Shown here piece after piece: positions 30,139 through 36,806 of a stretch of DNA of 64,000 nucleotides. The notes beneath the pieces were generated by a model that saw only the letters and a program-made list of their open reading frames with translations, was not told the origin of the DNA and did no database searches. The position numbers were made by a program, and so were the translations under genes. Origin of the DNA: Planctomycetota bacterium (GTDB lineage Bacteria > Planctomycetota > SZUA-567 > H5-PLA8); assembly GCA_027493525.1 (NCBI GenBank), contig JAOSKN010000002.1:1271326-1335325 (forward strand), written 5' to 3'. Each line of letters opens with the position of its first letter. The stretch's first letter is position 1.

Positions 30139-30213
30139 TGGCTCGCCCGCCGGGAGTCGCACCCGGACCTCGACCTTCGCAAAGTCGTGTGCGGTCTGTT
30201 ACACCACGGGCGG
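30139..30213 (-). tRNA. tRNA-Arg(GCG) candidate, with C1xA72 mismatch
   Basis: A full cloverleaf with anticodon loop TTGCGAA. It is a paralog of the tRNA at 36302..36377. Confidence 0.55.
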
Positions 30214-30225
30214 ATTGGGCTCTCC

Positions 30226-30300
30226 TGGCGCCTCCGCGAGGACTCGAACCCCGATCGGCCGGTTAGAAGCCGGCTGCTCTGTCCCTTGAGCTACGAAGGC
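30226..30300 (-). tRNA. tRNA-Arg(TCT)
   Basis: Manual cloverleaf; anticodon loop CTTCTAA. Confidence 0.8.
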
Positions 30301-30309
30301 GCTGCGGAT

Positions 30310-30383
30310 TGGCGCTCCCGGGAGGATTTACACCCCCAACTCCCGGTTCGAAGCCGGGTATGATTCTGTTTCACCACGGGAGT
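30310..30383 (-). tRNA. tRNA-Arg(TCG) candidate, with A1xC72 mismatch
   Basis: Cloverleaf with anticodon loop CTTCGAA. Confidence 0.6.
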
Positions 30384-30422
30384 CCGAATTTCATGCTCAT
30401 TCTTCAACCTTAATTCCACATG

Positions 30423-30496
30423 ATGGTGTCCCGGGAGGGACTTGCCCCCCCAACTTCCTGACCCTGAATCGGGCGCCTCTGCTTGGGCTACCGGGA
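30423..30496 (-). tRNA. atypical tRNA-like gene (anticodon CAG, short variable arm, T-loop GGCAAGT, 3-bp D stem)
   Basis: The acceptor GTCCCGG/CCGGGAC pairs perfectly and CCA is encoded. The anticodon stem carries a C/A mismatch, and there is no long variable arm, so it is not a canonical tRNA-Leu. Confidence 0.4.
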
Positions 30497-30597
30497 CACA
30501 ACGCCTCGCCTCCATGCGGGGGCCGGAGAGCCGCGCGCCGGACGGCGCGCGGTTCTGCGAACTCCGCGTTCCCGCGCGCATGGCCTCGCGCGCAACA

Positions 30598-30683
30598 TGG
30601 TCGGGGCGGGGAGAGTCGAACTCCCATGGGCGAACCCGCCGGCCTCTCGAACCGGTGCGTATGCCTAGTTCCGCCACGTCCCG
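30598..30683 (-). tRNA. tRNA-Leu(GAG) (type II), with one acceptor mismatch
   Basis: 86 nt, with a long variable arm and A73. The anticodon loop is TCGAGAG. Confidence 0.6.
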
Positions 30684-30690
30684 AATGTCA

Positions 30691-30930
30691 TGGTGTCGCG
30701 GGCAGGACTTGCACCTGCACTAAGTACCGCGCCGCGAAAGTTCCTGACCCACTGCTGGAGCCTTTTGTCCCGGCTCTTCGTTGCGCCTTGGTCTCAGATC
30801 TTCGTCCCGATATGCTCCCTCGGCGCGCCTCGACCCGGGACAAAATGCCCGGCGCATTGGGCCAGCTACTTTCGCGGCGCGGTACCAAGCCGGGTTTGAG
30901 CCGGCCGCCTCTGCATTGGGCTACCGCGAC
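30691..30930 (-). pseudogene. tRNA-like gene (paralog of 30423..30496, anticodon CAA) split by a 162-bp insertion
   Basis: The 3' half at 30691-30723 carries the T-arm, CCGCGAC and CCA. The 5' half at 30886-30930 reads GTCGCGGTAGCCCAATGCAGAGGCGGCCGGCTCAAACCCGGC. The halves are separated by the element at 30724..30885. Confidence 0.5.
30724..30885. mobile_element. 162-bp MITE-like insertion with perfect 18-bp inverted ends GTACCGCGCCGCGAAAGT
   Basis: The inverted ends sit at 30724-30741 and 30868-30885. The core matches the roughly 105-bp unit (TTTTGNCCNGG ... CCGGGACAAAA) seen near 2490, 9780, 9940 and 62050. Confidence 0.65.
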
Positions 30931-30952
30931 ACGATTCAAGTTCCATGCAATG

Positions 30953-31036
30953 AGGAGCGCGGAGGAGTCGAACCCCATGCCTCGCGGCACGCGCGGTCTT
31001 CCAAACCGTCTCGAGCACCGGCTCGAATCACACTCC
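30953..31036 (-). tRNA. tRNA-Ser(GGA) (type II, CCA not encoded)
   Basis: GGAGTGT acceptor stem, anticodon loop TTGGAAG, and a long variable arm. Confidence 0.65.
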
Positions 31037-31065
31037 GGATCAAGTTTTCCTTTCACGTCTCAAAT

Positions 31066-31152
31066 TGGAGGAGGGCGGAGGACTTGAACCTCATGCCCGC
31101 AGGCACGCCCTGTGTAGCAGACAGGCCCGGAAACCCATCCGGGTCACCCTCC
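31066..31152 (-). tRNA. tRNA-Ser(GCT) (type II)
   Basis: 87 nt; anticodon loop CTGCTAC; CCA encoded. Confidence 0.75.
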
Positions 31153-31164
31153 GCACCTAGAAAA

Positions 31165-31253
31165 TGGTCGCCCCGGAGGGAGTCGAACCCTCACGTCCTA
31201 AACGGACACGAGCTTCTGAGGCTCGCGCGTCTTCCAGATTCCGCCACAGGGCG
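31165..31253 (-). tRNA. tRNA-Leu(CAG) (type II)
   Basis: 89 nt; anticodon loop CTCAGAA; A73; CCA encoded. Confidence 0.8.
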
Positions 31254-31346
31254 AAGGAATTGGGACCGCGGAGGCGGCGCGCTCCAGGGGTGGAGCCGCC
31301 TGGGAGAGGGCGCGCACCGCGCTCCGCAATCCGGTTCCTTATTCAG

Positions 31347-32654
31347 CTACAGGAGCTTGACCACACGGTCGGCCAAGCCCTTCTCACCCAACATCACGGT
31401 CAGGTTGGCCTTCTGCGTGACCTTCTCCAGGACCTCCAGCTCGCGCAGGCGCATCAGCGTCGGGTTGTGCTCCAGCACCTTCGCCGTGTTGGCCTGCATG
31501 CGCATGGCCGCGGTCTCCTCGCGGCGCGTGATCAGAGCCGCCTCGGCCGCCTTCTTGGCCTCGGTGACCTTGTTCAACAGGTCCTTCATCTCGCCCGGCA
31601 GGATCACGTCACGGATGCCGAGCGCGATCACTTCCAGGCCGAACGCCGTGGCGCGGTCCTTCAACTGCCCTTCCAGCTCGCGCGCCACTTCGTCCTTGGC
31701 CGCCAGCAGCGCATCGAGATCGCGCGTGCCGATCGCTGCCCGCAGGCTCAACTGCGCCTCGCGGTACAGCGCCTGGCGGTAGTCGTCGGTGACCGTCGCC
31801 GCCTTCACGGCGTCGGCCACGCGGAAGTTCACGACCGCGTTGAGGCGCAGCGTCACCTTGTCGGCGGTCATGATCTCCTGGCCCTGGATGTCCACGACCT
31901 GCTCGCGCAGGTCCACCGTGAACAGCCGCACCTGGCCCACGTCCTTCCAGAACGCGTGCTTTCCGGCGCCCAGCGTGGCCTGGTGCGCGCCGTCCTTGAA
32001 GAAGACGGCGGCGTGGCCCGGCTCGACCGCCAGCCACTCGAGCGCCTCCTGCGCGCCGGCGGCCTTCTGGATGGCCGCCAGTTCGCCGTGCTCGAAGCGT
32101 CCCTTGCCCGCGTCCACGACCTCGACCTTGACGTCGTGGTACTTGGTCGGGATCAGGTGCAGGCCGCGCCCGAGCACGCGCTCGAAGCGCCCGTCGCGCC
32201 AGACGAGCGCGCGCTCGCGGTCCTTCAGGTCCACGGCGCGGGCCTCGCCGTCGAAGGCGCCCGTGGCGAGCACTTCCGCCAGGTCGCGGTGCGCGAAGAC
32301 CGCGGCGCGCAGGTCCACGACGTCCACGCGGACGTCGCGGAAGACCGTCCAGAGGACGTAGCGGCCTGGCTTCAGGACGCGCTCCAGGCGCCCGTCGAGC
32401 CACACGATGCCGCGTTCGTGCGCCTTCAGCTCGACTACGCGGGCGTCCTTGCCCAGGCGGCCGCTCTTCACGATCACGTCCAACTGGGCGTGCTCGAACC
32501 AGGCCTCGCGCACGTTGACCTTCTCGACGCGGACCCGGAAGAACGGGTCGGCAAAGCGGTGCTTGCCCGGCTGCAGCAGCCCCTCGAACTGGCCCTCGCG
32601 GAAGAGCAGGCCGCGCTCGTGCGGCAGGATCTTGAACGTACGCATCAGCAGCAT
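31347..32654 (-). CDS. SPFH/band-7 (stomatin/slipin-like) domain protein
   Basis: The ORF is protein-like from MLLMRTFKILPHERG onward. The SPFH core is recognisable (VVNFRVADAVKAATVTDDYRQAL), followed by a coiled-coil C-terminus. Confidence 0.8.
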   Translation of the reverse strand: MLLMRTFKILPHERGLLFREGQFEGLLQPGKHRFADPFFRVRVEKVNVREAWFEHAQLDVIVKSGRLGKDARVVELKAHERGIVWLDGRLERVLKPGRYVLWTVFRDVRVDVVDLRAAVFAHRDLAEVLATGAFDGEARAVDLKDRERALVWRDGRFERVLGRGLHLIPTKYHDVKVEVVDAGKGRFEHGELAAIQKAAGAQEALEWLAVEPGHAAVFFKDGAHQATLGAGKHAFWKDVGQVRLFTVDLREQVVDIQGQEIMTADKVTLRLNAVVNFRVADAVKAATVTDDYRQALYREAQLSLRAAIGTRDLDALLAAKDEVARELEGQLKDRATAFGLEVIALGIRDVILPGEMKDLLNKVTEAKKAAEAALITRREETAAMRMQANTAKVLEHNPTLMRLRELEVLEKVTQKANLTVMLGEKGLADRVVKLL

Positions 32655-33050
32655 GCTGCACCTCGCCTTCTCGGGTGGCGGCCACAGGGCCGCCTTCAAC
32701 CCGCTGCCCTCTTGGTTCGTGCCCCGGTCGGGCCAGGGCAGAGCTTGTTCGCGACGCCGGCGGCGAAACGACCTTTGGGAGGCGGACCGCCGGTCCGCCA
32801 CACCTTCGGCACGGAGCACCGCTTGAGCCCCGCGCTACTCCCGGATTCGAGCCCCGGCTTGCGCGCGCGAACCCTACGGGCTTCACGCGCGCGCCCCGGA
32901 ACCGTCTCCCGGTTTGGCGCAGGACGGTATCCGCGCGCTTCAGGGCGCCGTCGCGTGCTGCCGAATTCCGAGCTGGAACGAGCCTCGAAATCCGGCGGGC
33001 CGAGCGCGACGACCGCCCCCCTCGGGCCTCACGGTTACGCTTTTGCAAGC

Positions 33051-33122
33051 GTGTTGGCGCAGGATTCGAACCTGCAACTCACGGATTAAAAATCCGCTGC
33101 TCTTCCCTTGAGCTAGCCATGG
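33051..33122 (-). tRNA. tRNA-Lys(TTT)-like; acceptor 5' strand poorly paired (possible pseudogene)
   Basis: The D-arm (TAGCTCAAGGGAAGAGC), anticodon loop (TTTTTAA) and T-arm (GCAGGTTCGAATCCTGC) are canonical, but only 4 bp of the acceptor stem pair. Confidence 0.5.
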
Positions 33123-33205
33123 TCGGATGGCGGGAGTCGAACCCGCGTTCCCCTTGCGAGGAACCAGTTCCAAGCTGGCGCGCCTTCCCCGGCGCGTCAT
33201 CCGTG
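33120..33205 (-). tRNA. atypical tRNA-like gene (Pro-TGG-like anticodon hairpin CTTGGAA, extended variable region)
   Basis: A T-arm (GCGGGTTCGACTCCCGC) and a CCA end are present. The acceptor has one mismatch and the structure is irregular. Confidence 0.35.
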
Positions 33206-33214
33206 GTGCGCGGC

Positions 33215-33287
33215 AAGCCGGGCGAGATTCGAACTCGCGTCCTCCGGGGCAACCGCCCCGGCGCTCTGCCACTGAGCTACCCGCCTC
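33215..33287 (-). tRNA. tRNA-like gene, identity undetermined (6-nt anticodon loop, acceptor mismatch)
   Basis: The D-arm (TAGCTCAGTGGCAGAGC) and T-arm (GCGAGTTCGAATCTCGC) are canonical. The anticodon hairpin CCGGGG CGGTTG CCCCGG is irregular. Confidence 0.4.
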
Positions 33288-33452
33288 CGCGCGCGACTGA
33301 CATTTCGCCTTCGTCAGATCCCATGTCCGGAACACGCGCGGGCGATCACGGTGTGAGCCCGCACGCGCCGCTGGCCCGGCGTCGGTCAGTATTCGGTTTT
33401 GTCATCGAACCACCCGGTCTCCTTGTTTTTCCCGGTCTGCGATACTGCCTCA

Positions 33453-33526
33453 TGGCGCCCGCTGGAGGAGTCGAGCCTCCGTCTCCACCGCGTCGAGGTG
33501 GCGCTCTCCCGTTGAGCTAAGCGGGC
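33453..33526 (-). tRNA. tRNA-Val(GAC)
   Basis: Perfect acceptor GCCCGCT/AGCGGGC; anticodon loop TCGACGC; CCA encoded. Confidence 0.75.
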
Positions 33527-33531
33527 CGAGC

Positions 33532-33605
33532 TGGTAGCCGCTGAAGGAGTCGAACCTTCGTCTCCAGCGTGTGAAGCTGGCGCCCTGCCCTTAGGCGAAG
33601 CGGCT
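33532..33605 (-). tRNA. tRNA-Val(CAC)
   Basis: Acceptor AGCCGCT/AGCGGCT; anticodon loop TTCACAC; CCA encoded. Confidence 0.75.
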
Positions 33606-33606
33606 A

Positions 33607-33692
33607 TGGGGGCCTCGACGGGATTTGAACCCGCACCACGCGAGCGAGCGGCCTTTGGGAAACGCGCTTCCCAGTCACGGCGGTTTGCGGCC
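33607..33692 (-). tRNA. tRNA-like element (T-arm + acceptor + CCA), probable pseudogene
   Basis: The 3' end reads GCGGGTTCAAATCCCGT CGAGGCC C CCA. The 5' partner GGCCGCA leaves 2 mismatches, and no clean anticodon arm is visible. Confidence 0.3.
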
Positions 33693-33845
33693 AGGTCCCG
33701 TACGGTTACCCGTACGGGCGTGACACGGTGCATCCTCAACCCTTGCCGCGCCCCACACCCGATCAGGCCCCACGGGCCTTCGCGATCGGTAGCAGGTCTC
33801 GCGTGCCCTGTTACGGGGCCGGTTCTACGTTTTCCGGCAGGCTGC

Positions 33846-34015
33846 CTTGTGAGCGCGTCCTAAAACGCCTCGCGATCGTCTTGGGGCGGCGGGCCGCGCG
33901 ATGCTTCGTTGGCCTGCTCGCCGTATGCTCGTTCCGATACGGCTTGCGCGGCCGCCTCGCCTCGCTTGCCCGGCGCTCCCAAGCCGCCTCGCGATCCGAT
34001 TTCAGGACGCACTCA
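33846..34015. repeat. about 165-bp dispersed repeat (copy 2 of 2)
   Basis: Matches 23826..23995. Confidence 0.7.
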
Positions 34016-34046
34016 TTGCCTCACGAGGCCCAGCGTTATTCGGTTT

Positions 34047-34122
34047 TGGTAGCGAGCCGTGGAATCGGACCACGCTTGCAGGCTTATGAGACCCGCCAGA
34101 CCCCCAGGCCTTGCCACTCGCT
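34047..34122 (-). tRNA. tRNA-Met(CAT)-like (elongator Met or Ile-lysidine type)
   Basis: Acceptor AGCGAGT/GCTCGCT; anticodon hairpin CGGGT CTCATAA GCCTG; T-loop TCCGATT; CCA encoded. Confidence 0.55.
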
Positions 34123-34181
34123 ATCGAACGCTTTTCCTCCTTTGCTCGGTCCTCAGTCCTCGGTGCTCCGTCCTGCCGTAA

Positions 34182-34265
34182 TGGTGGGGTCGTAAGGAAT
34201 CGAACCTCCCAGCCTCGCGGCGCAGGGGTTACGGCCCTGCCCTGATCCCACTCAGCAGCGACCCC
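34182..34265 (-). tRNA. tRNA-Tyr(GTA) (type II)
   Basis: Perfect acceptor GGGGTCG/CGACCCC; anticodon loop CCGTAAC; long variable arm; CCA encoded. Confidence 0.75.
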
Positions 34266-34352
34266 GATCCAAATACGGAATGTCGAATTCGGAATGCGGA
34301 ATAATGAAAGAATCCGCAGGCCATTTTCGTTTCATTCCGGAGCCTTAATTCA

Positions 34353-34430
34353 TGGTCGGGATGGAGGGATTCGAACCCCCGATCTCCTGGCCCCCAGCCA
34401 GGCGCGCTGGCCATGCTGCGCTACATCCCG
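34353..34430 (-). tRNA. tRNA-Pro(GGG)
   Basis: Acceptor CGGGATG/CATCCCG; anticodon loop CTGGGGG; CCA encoded. Confidence 0.8.
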
Positions 34431-34450
34431 ATGCGGCCCTCCTTCGAGTT

Positions 34451-34528
34451 TGGTCGGGGTGGCAGGATTCGAACCTGCGACCTCTGCAATCCGAATGCAG
34501 CGCGCTCGCCAAACTGCGCTACACCCCG
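34451..34528 (-). tRNA. tRNA-Pro(CGG)
   Basis: Acceptor CGGGGTG/CACCCCG; anticodon loop TTCGGAT; CCA encoded. Confidence 0.8.
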
Positions 34529-34631
34529 GGGAACGGCTGTGATCTGTAATCTGTAATCTGAGGCTCCACCTTTCATTCTGGTACCGACTCGTACCTTATT
34601 CACTGTTCACAGATCACAGACCACAGATCTC

Positions 34632-34707
34632 TTGGCGGGGCCCCCGGGAATCGAACCCGGTTCTCCTGCGCTTCAGGCAGGCGCAATGACCACACCTGCT
34701 CAAGCCC
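34632..34707 (-). tRNA. tRNA-Phe(GAA)
   Basis: Anticodon loop CTGAAGC; CCA encoded. Confidence 0.75.
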
Positions 34708-34709
34708 CA

Positions 34710-34786
34710 CTGGCGCCCGCGGCCGGAGTCGCACCGGCTTACTCCACCGTGACAAGGTGGCGGCTCCACTGTTTCGCCTTCGCGGG
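34710..34786 (-). tRNA. tRNA-Asp(GTC)
   Basis: Acceptor GCCCGCG/CGCGGGC; anticodon loop TTGTCAC; CCA encoded. Confidence 0.8.
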
Positions 34787-34803
34787 CCCTGCTCCTTTGC
34801 GTA

Positions 34804-34877
34804 TGGAGGCCGCGGAGGGCTTCGCACCCCCGTGGACGGCTTTGCAGGCCGCCGCCTTGCTCCTCGGCCACGCGGCC
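34804..34877 (-). tRNA. tRNA-Cys(GCA)
   Basis: Acceptor GGCCGCG/CGCGGCC; anticodon loop CTGCAAA; CCA encoded. Confidence 0.8.
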
Positions 34878-34892
34878 GAATCTCCGCCGGCA

Positions 34893-34967
34893 TGGGGTGA
34901 CTTGCGGGAGTTGAACCCGCTCTGCGAGCCTCACAAGCTCGCGTGCGCCCGGCACACTCAAGCCACC
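34893..34967 (-). tRNA. tRNA-His(GTG) with encoded G-1
   Basis: Anticodon loop TTGTGAG. An extra 5' G pairs with C73, which is a His identity element. Confidence 0.8.
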
Positions 34968-34977
34968 ATCCAAGTCC

Positions 34978-35051
34978 TGGTCGGACGGGGAGGAATCGAA
35001 CCTCCGCCGGCTGCTCATCAGACAGCCGTGCTCCCGTTACACCACCGTCCG
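34978..35051 (-). tRNA. tRNA-Ile(GAT)
   Basis: Acceptor CGGACGG/CCGTCCG; anticodon loop CTGATGA; CCA encoded. Confidence 0.8.
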
Positions 35052-35056
35052 CCCGT

Positions 35057-35611
35057 TCACTGCTTCTCGGCGCCCTGCGCCAGCCACTCTTCGCGCAGCA
35101 GGCCCATGACCAGCGTGTCCTGGTACCGGCCTTCGAAGTAGGCGTTCTGGCGCAGCACGCCTTCCTTGATAAAGCCGGCCTTCTCGTAGGCCCGGATCCC
35201 GCCGCGATTGCAGGCGAAGACGTGCAGGTAGATGCGGTTCAGGTTCAGCGTTTCGAACCCGTATCCGACGATCAACCGGGTCGCTTCGGTCCCGTAGCCT
35301 TTGTTCCATTCCTCTTTCGCACCGATGTAGATGCCGAACTCGGCGCGGCGGTCCTTTTCGAGCCCCGGGCGGAGCCCGGTTCCGCCGAGGAAACGGTCGT
35401 TCTCCTTCAAGGCGATCGCGAGGACGGTCTGGCGCTCGTCGACCAGGACCTTGTCCAGCCACTGCTCTTCGGCTTCCTTCGTCAGCGGCCGATGCCAGTT
35501 CAGTGTTCGCGCGACTTCGCCGTCGTTGAGGTACGTCAGGATCTGCGGCACGTCCTCCTTGCTCAGTGGCCGCAGGTAGATCCGCTCGCCGATCAGGAAT
35601 GCGTTGTGCAT
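35057..35611 (-). CDS. GNAT family N-acetyltransferase (RimJ/RimL-like)
   Basis: Begins MHNAFLIGERIYLRPLSKEDV. An acetyl-CoA-binding motif is present (RNAYFEGRYQDTLVMGLL). The gene is embedded in the tRNA array. Confidence 0.8.
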   Translation of the reverse strand: MHNAFLIGERIYLRPLSKEDVPQILTYLNDGEVARTLNWHRPLTKEAEEQWLDKVLVDERQTVLAIALKENDRFLGGTGLRPGLEKDRRAEFGIYIGAKEEWNKGYGTEATRLIVGYGFETLNLNRIYLHVFACNRGGIRAYEKAGFIKEGVLRQNAYFEGRYQDTLVMGLLREEWLAQGAEKQ

Positions 35612-35628
35612 GGCCCACTTTCCTTTCC

Positions 35629-35702
35629 TGGTTGGCCCGCGAGGATTCGAACCTCGGCCTGCGGAGCCAAAGTCCGCCGTCCTGCCTCTAGACGACGGGC
35701 CA
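35629..35702 (-). tRNA. tRNA-Gln(TTG)
   Basis: U1:A72; anticodon loop CTTTGGC; CCA encoded. Confidence 0.8.
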
Positions 35703-35709
35703 TTCGATC

Positions 35710-35785
35710 TGGCGTCCCCGGCGGGATTCGAACCCGCGTCGCCAGGCTGAGAACCTGGCATCCTCAACCGCTAGACGACAGGGAC
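35710..35785 (-). tRNA. tRNA-Glu(CTC)
   Basis: Anticodon loop TTCTCAG; CCA encoded. Confidence 0.8.
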
Positions 35786-35795
35786 ACTGCTGCAT

Positions 35796-35870
35796 TGGAA
35801 CGGCCGGCGGGAATCGAACCCGCCCTTCGACGTTGGAAGCGTCGCGTGCGCCCGCTCACACTTCGACCGC
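35796..35870 (-). tRNA. tRNA-Gly(TCC)
   Basis: Anticodon loop CTTCCAA; CCA encoded. Confidence 0.7.
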
Positions 35871-35910
35871 CTGCGCTTTGATCCTCCCAAGAACCTCGCA
35901 CCTGCCGTCT

Positions 35911-35984
35911 TGGCTGCGGGGCAAGGATTCGAACCTCGCTTTCCTGGTTCAGAGCCAGGCGTCCTGCCGCTAGACGACCCCGCA
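35911..35984 (-). tRNA. tRNA-Gln(CTG)
   Basis: U1:A72; anticodon loop CTCTGAA; CCA encoded. Confidence 0.8.
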
Positions 35985-35988
35985 ACGT

Positions 35989-36064
35989 TGGTGCGTCCGG
36001 TGGGGCTCGAACCCACACGCACCCGGGTAAGAACCGGGCTCTCTGCCACTCGAGTTCCAGACGC
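35989..36064 (-). tRNA. tRNA-Lys(CTT)
   Basis: Anticodon loop TTCTTAC; CCA encoded. Confidence 0.8.
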
Positions 36065-36074
36065 GACCTGTACG

Positions 36075-36147
36075 TGCCTCCGGGAGGATTCGAACCTCCA
36101 CCCCTCGGCTTAAAAGGCCGGTATGCTGCCGTTGACACCACGGAGGC
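36075..36147 (-). tRNA. tRNA-Lys(TTT) (CCA not encoded)
   Basis: Perfect acceptor GCCTCCG/CGGAGGC; anticodon loop CTTTTAA. Confidence 0.75.
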
Positions 36148-36202
36148 GCACGTTTGATTGCTTTTCGTTTCACGCTCGCCTCCAAGTCCCGCTCCTCCCG
36201 TT

Positions 36203-36276
36203 TGGCAGCCCCACGGGGATTTGAACCCCGACCTCCGGATTGAAACTCCGGCATCCTCCCCTTAGACGATGGAGCC
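36203..36276 (-). tRNA. tRNA-Glu(TTC)
   Basis: Anticodon loop GTTTCAA; CCA encoded. Confidence 0.75.
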
Positions 36277-36301
36277 GCTTTGCGTTTCATGCTCCCTGCA
36301 T

Positions 36302-36377
36302 TGGTGGAGCGGCCGGGACTCGCACCCGGAACTCGACCGTGCGAAAGTCGTGTGTTGCTGGTTAGCACCACCGCCCC
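36302..36377 (-). tRNA. tRNA-Ala(CGC) with G3:U70
   Basis: Acceptor GGGGCGG/CCGCTCC carries the G3:U70 Ala identity pair. Anticodon loop TTCGCAC. Confidence 0.7.
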
Positions 36378-36396
36378 ACGCTGCGTACGCCTCCTT

Positions 36397-36470
36397 TGGC
36401 TCCGGCGGGAGGATTCGAACCTCCGTCTCCTGATTAACAGTCAGGGATGTTGCCCTTACACCACACCGAA
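36397..36470 (-). tRNA. tRNA-Asn(GTT)
   Basis: Anticodon loop CTGTTAA; CCA encoded. Confidence 0.8.
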
Positions 36471-36476
36471 CCGCGT

Positions 36477-36550
36477 TGGTGGAGCGTGCGGGACTTGAAC
36501 CCGCATCCCGAGGCTGCCGGCCTCGCATCCTTCCGTTGAACGAACGCCCC
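36477..36550 (-). tRNA. tRNA-Ala(GGC) with G3:U70
   Basis: Acceptor GGGGCGT/ACGCTCC; anticodon loop CCGGCAG. Confidence 0.75.
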
Positions 36551-36567
36551 ACGGGTACTTCACAAGC

Positions 36568-36638
36568 TGGAGCCGCAGGCAGGAGTCGAACCCGCCAGGC
36601 CTCTTTACGAAAGAGGCGCGTGCCCGGCACACCGCGGC
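36568..36638 (-). tRNA. tRNA-Thr(CGT)
   Basis: Anticodon loop TTCGTAA; short D arm; CCA encoded. Confidence 0.7.
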
Positions 36639-36649
36639 AGAGCACGAAC

Positions 36650-36723
36650 TGGAGCCGCCCGAGGGAATCGACCCCCCCTGCTCGCCACCAGGGAGCCGTG
36701 CGAACCATCGGCGCCGGAGCGGC
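36650..36723 (-). tRNA. tRNA-Thr(GGT)
   Basis: Anticodon loop CTGGTGG; CCA encoded. Confidence 0.65.
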
Positions 36724-36733
36724 CCGTCGAAAC

Positions 36734-36806
36734 TGGAGCGGGGGCGGGAATCGAACCCGCGTCTCGAGCTCGGCATGCTCGCGCTCTCCCGTTGAGCTAC
36801 ACCCGC
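36734..36806 (-). tRNA. tRNA-Gly(GCC)
   Basis: D-arm TAGCTCAACGGGAGAGC; anticodon loop ATGCCGA; CCA encoded. Confidence 0.75.

Noticed and set aside
33607-34031. A tmRNA (ssrA) hypothesis: a T-arm + CCA 3' end at 33607 with a possible 5' partner CGAGGCC near 34025.
   Set aside because: The intervening sequence is a dispersed repeat also present at 23826, not a tmRNA body. No tag-peptide reading frame ending in ALAA-stop could be found. The 5' end does not resemble tmRNA.
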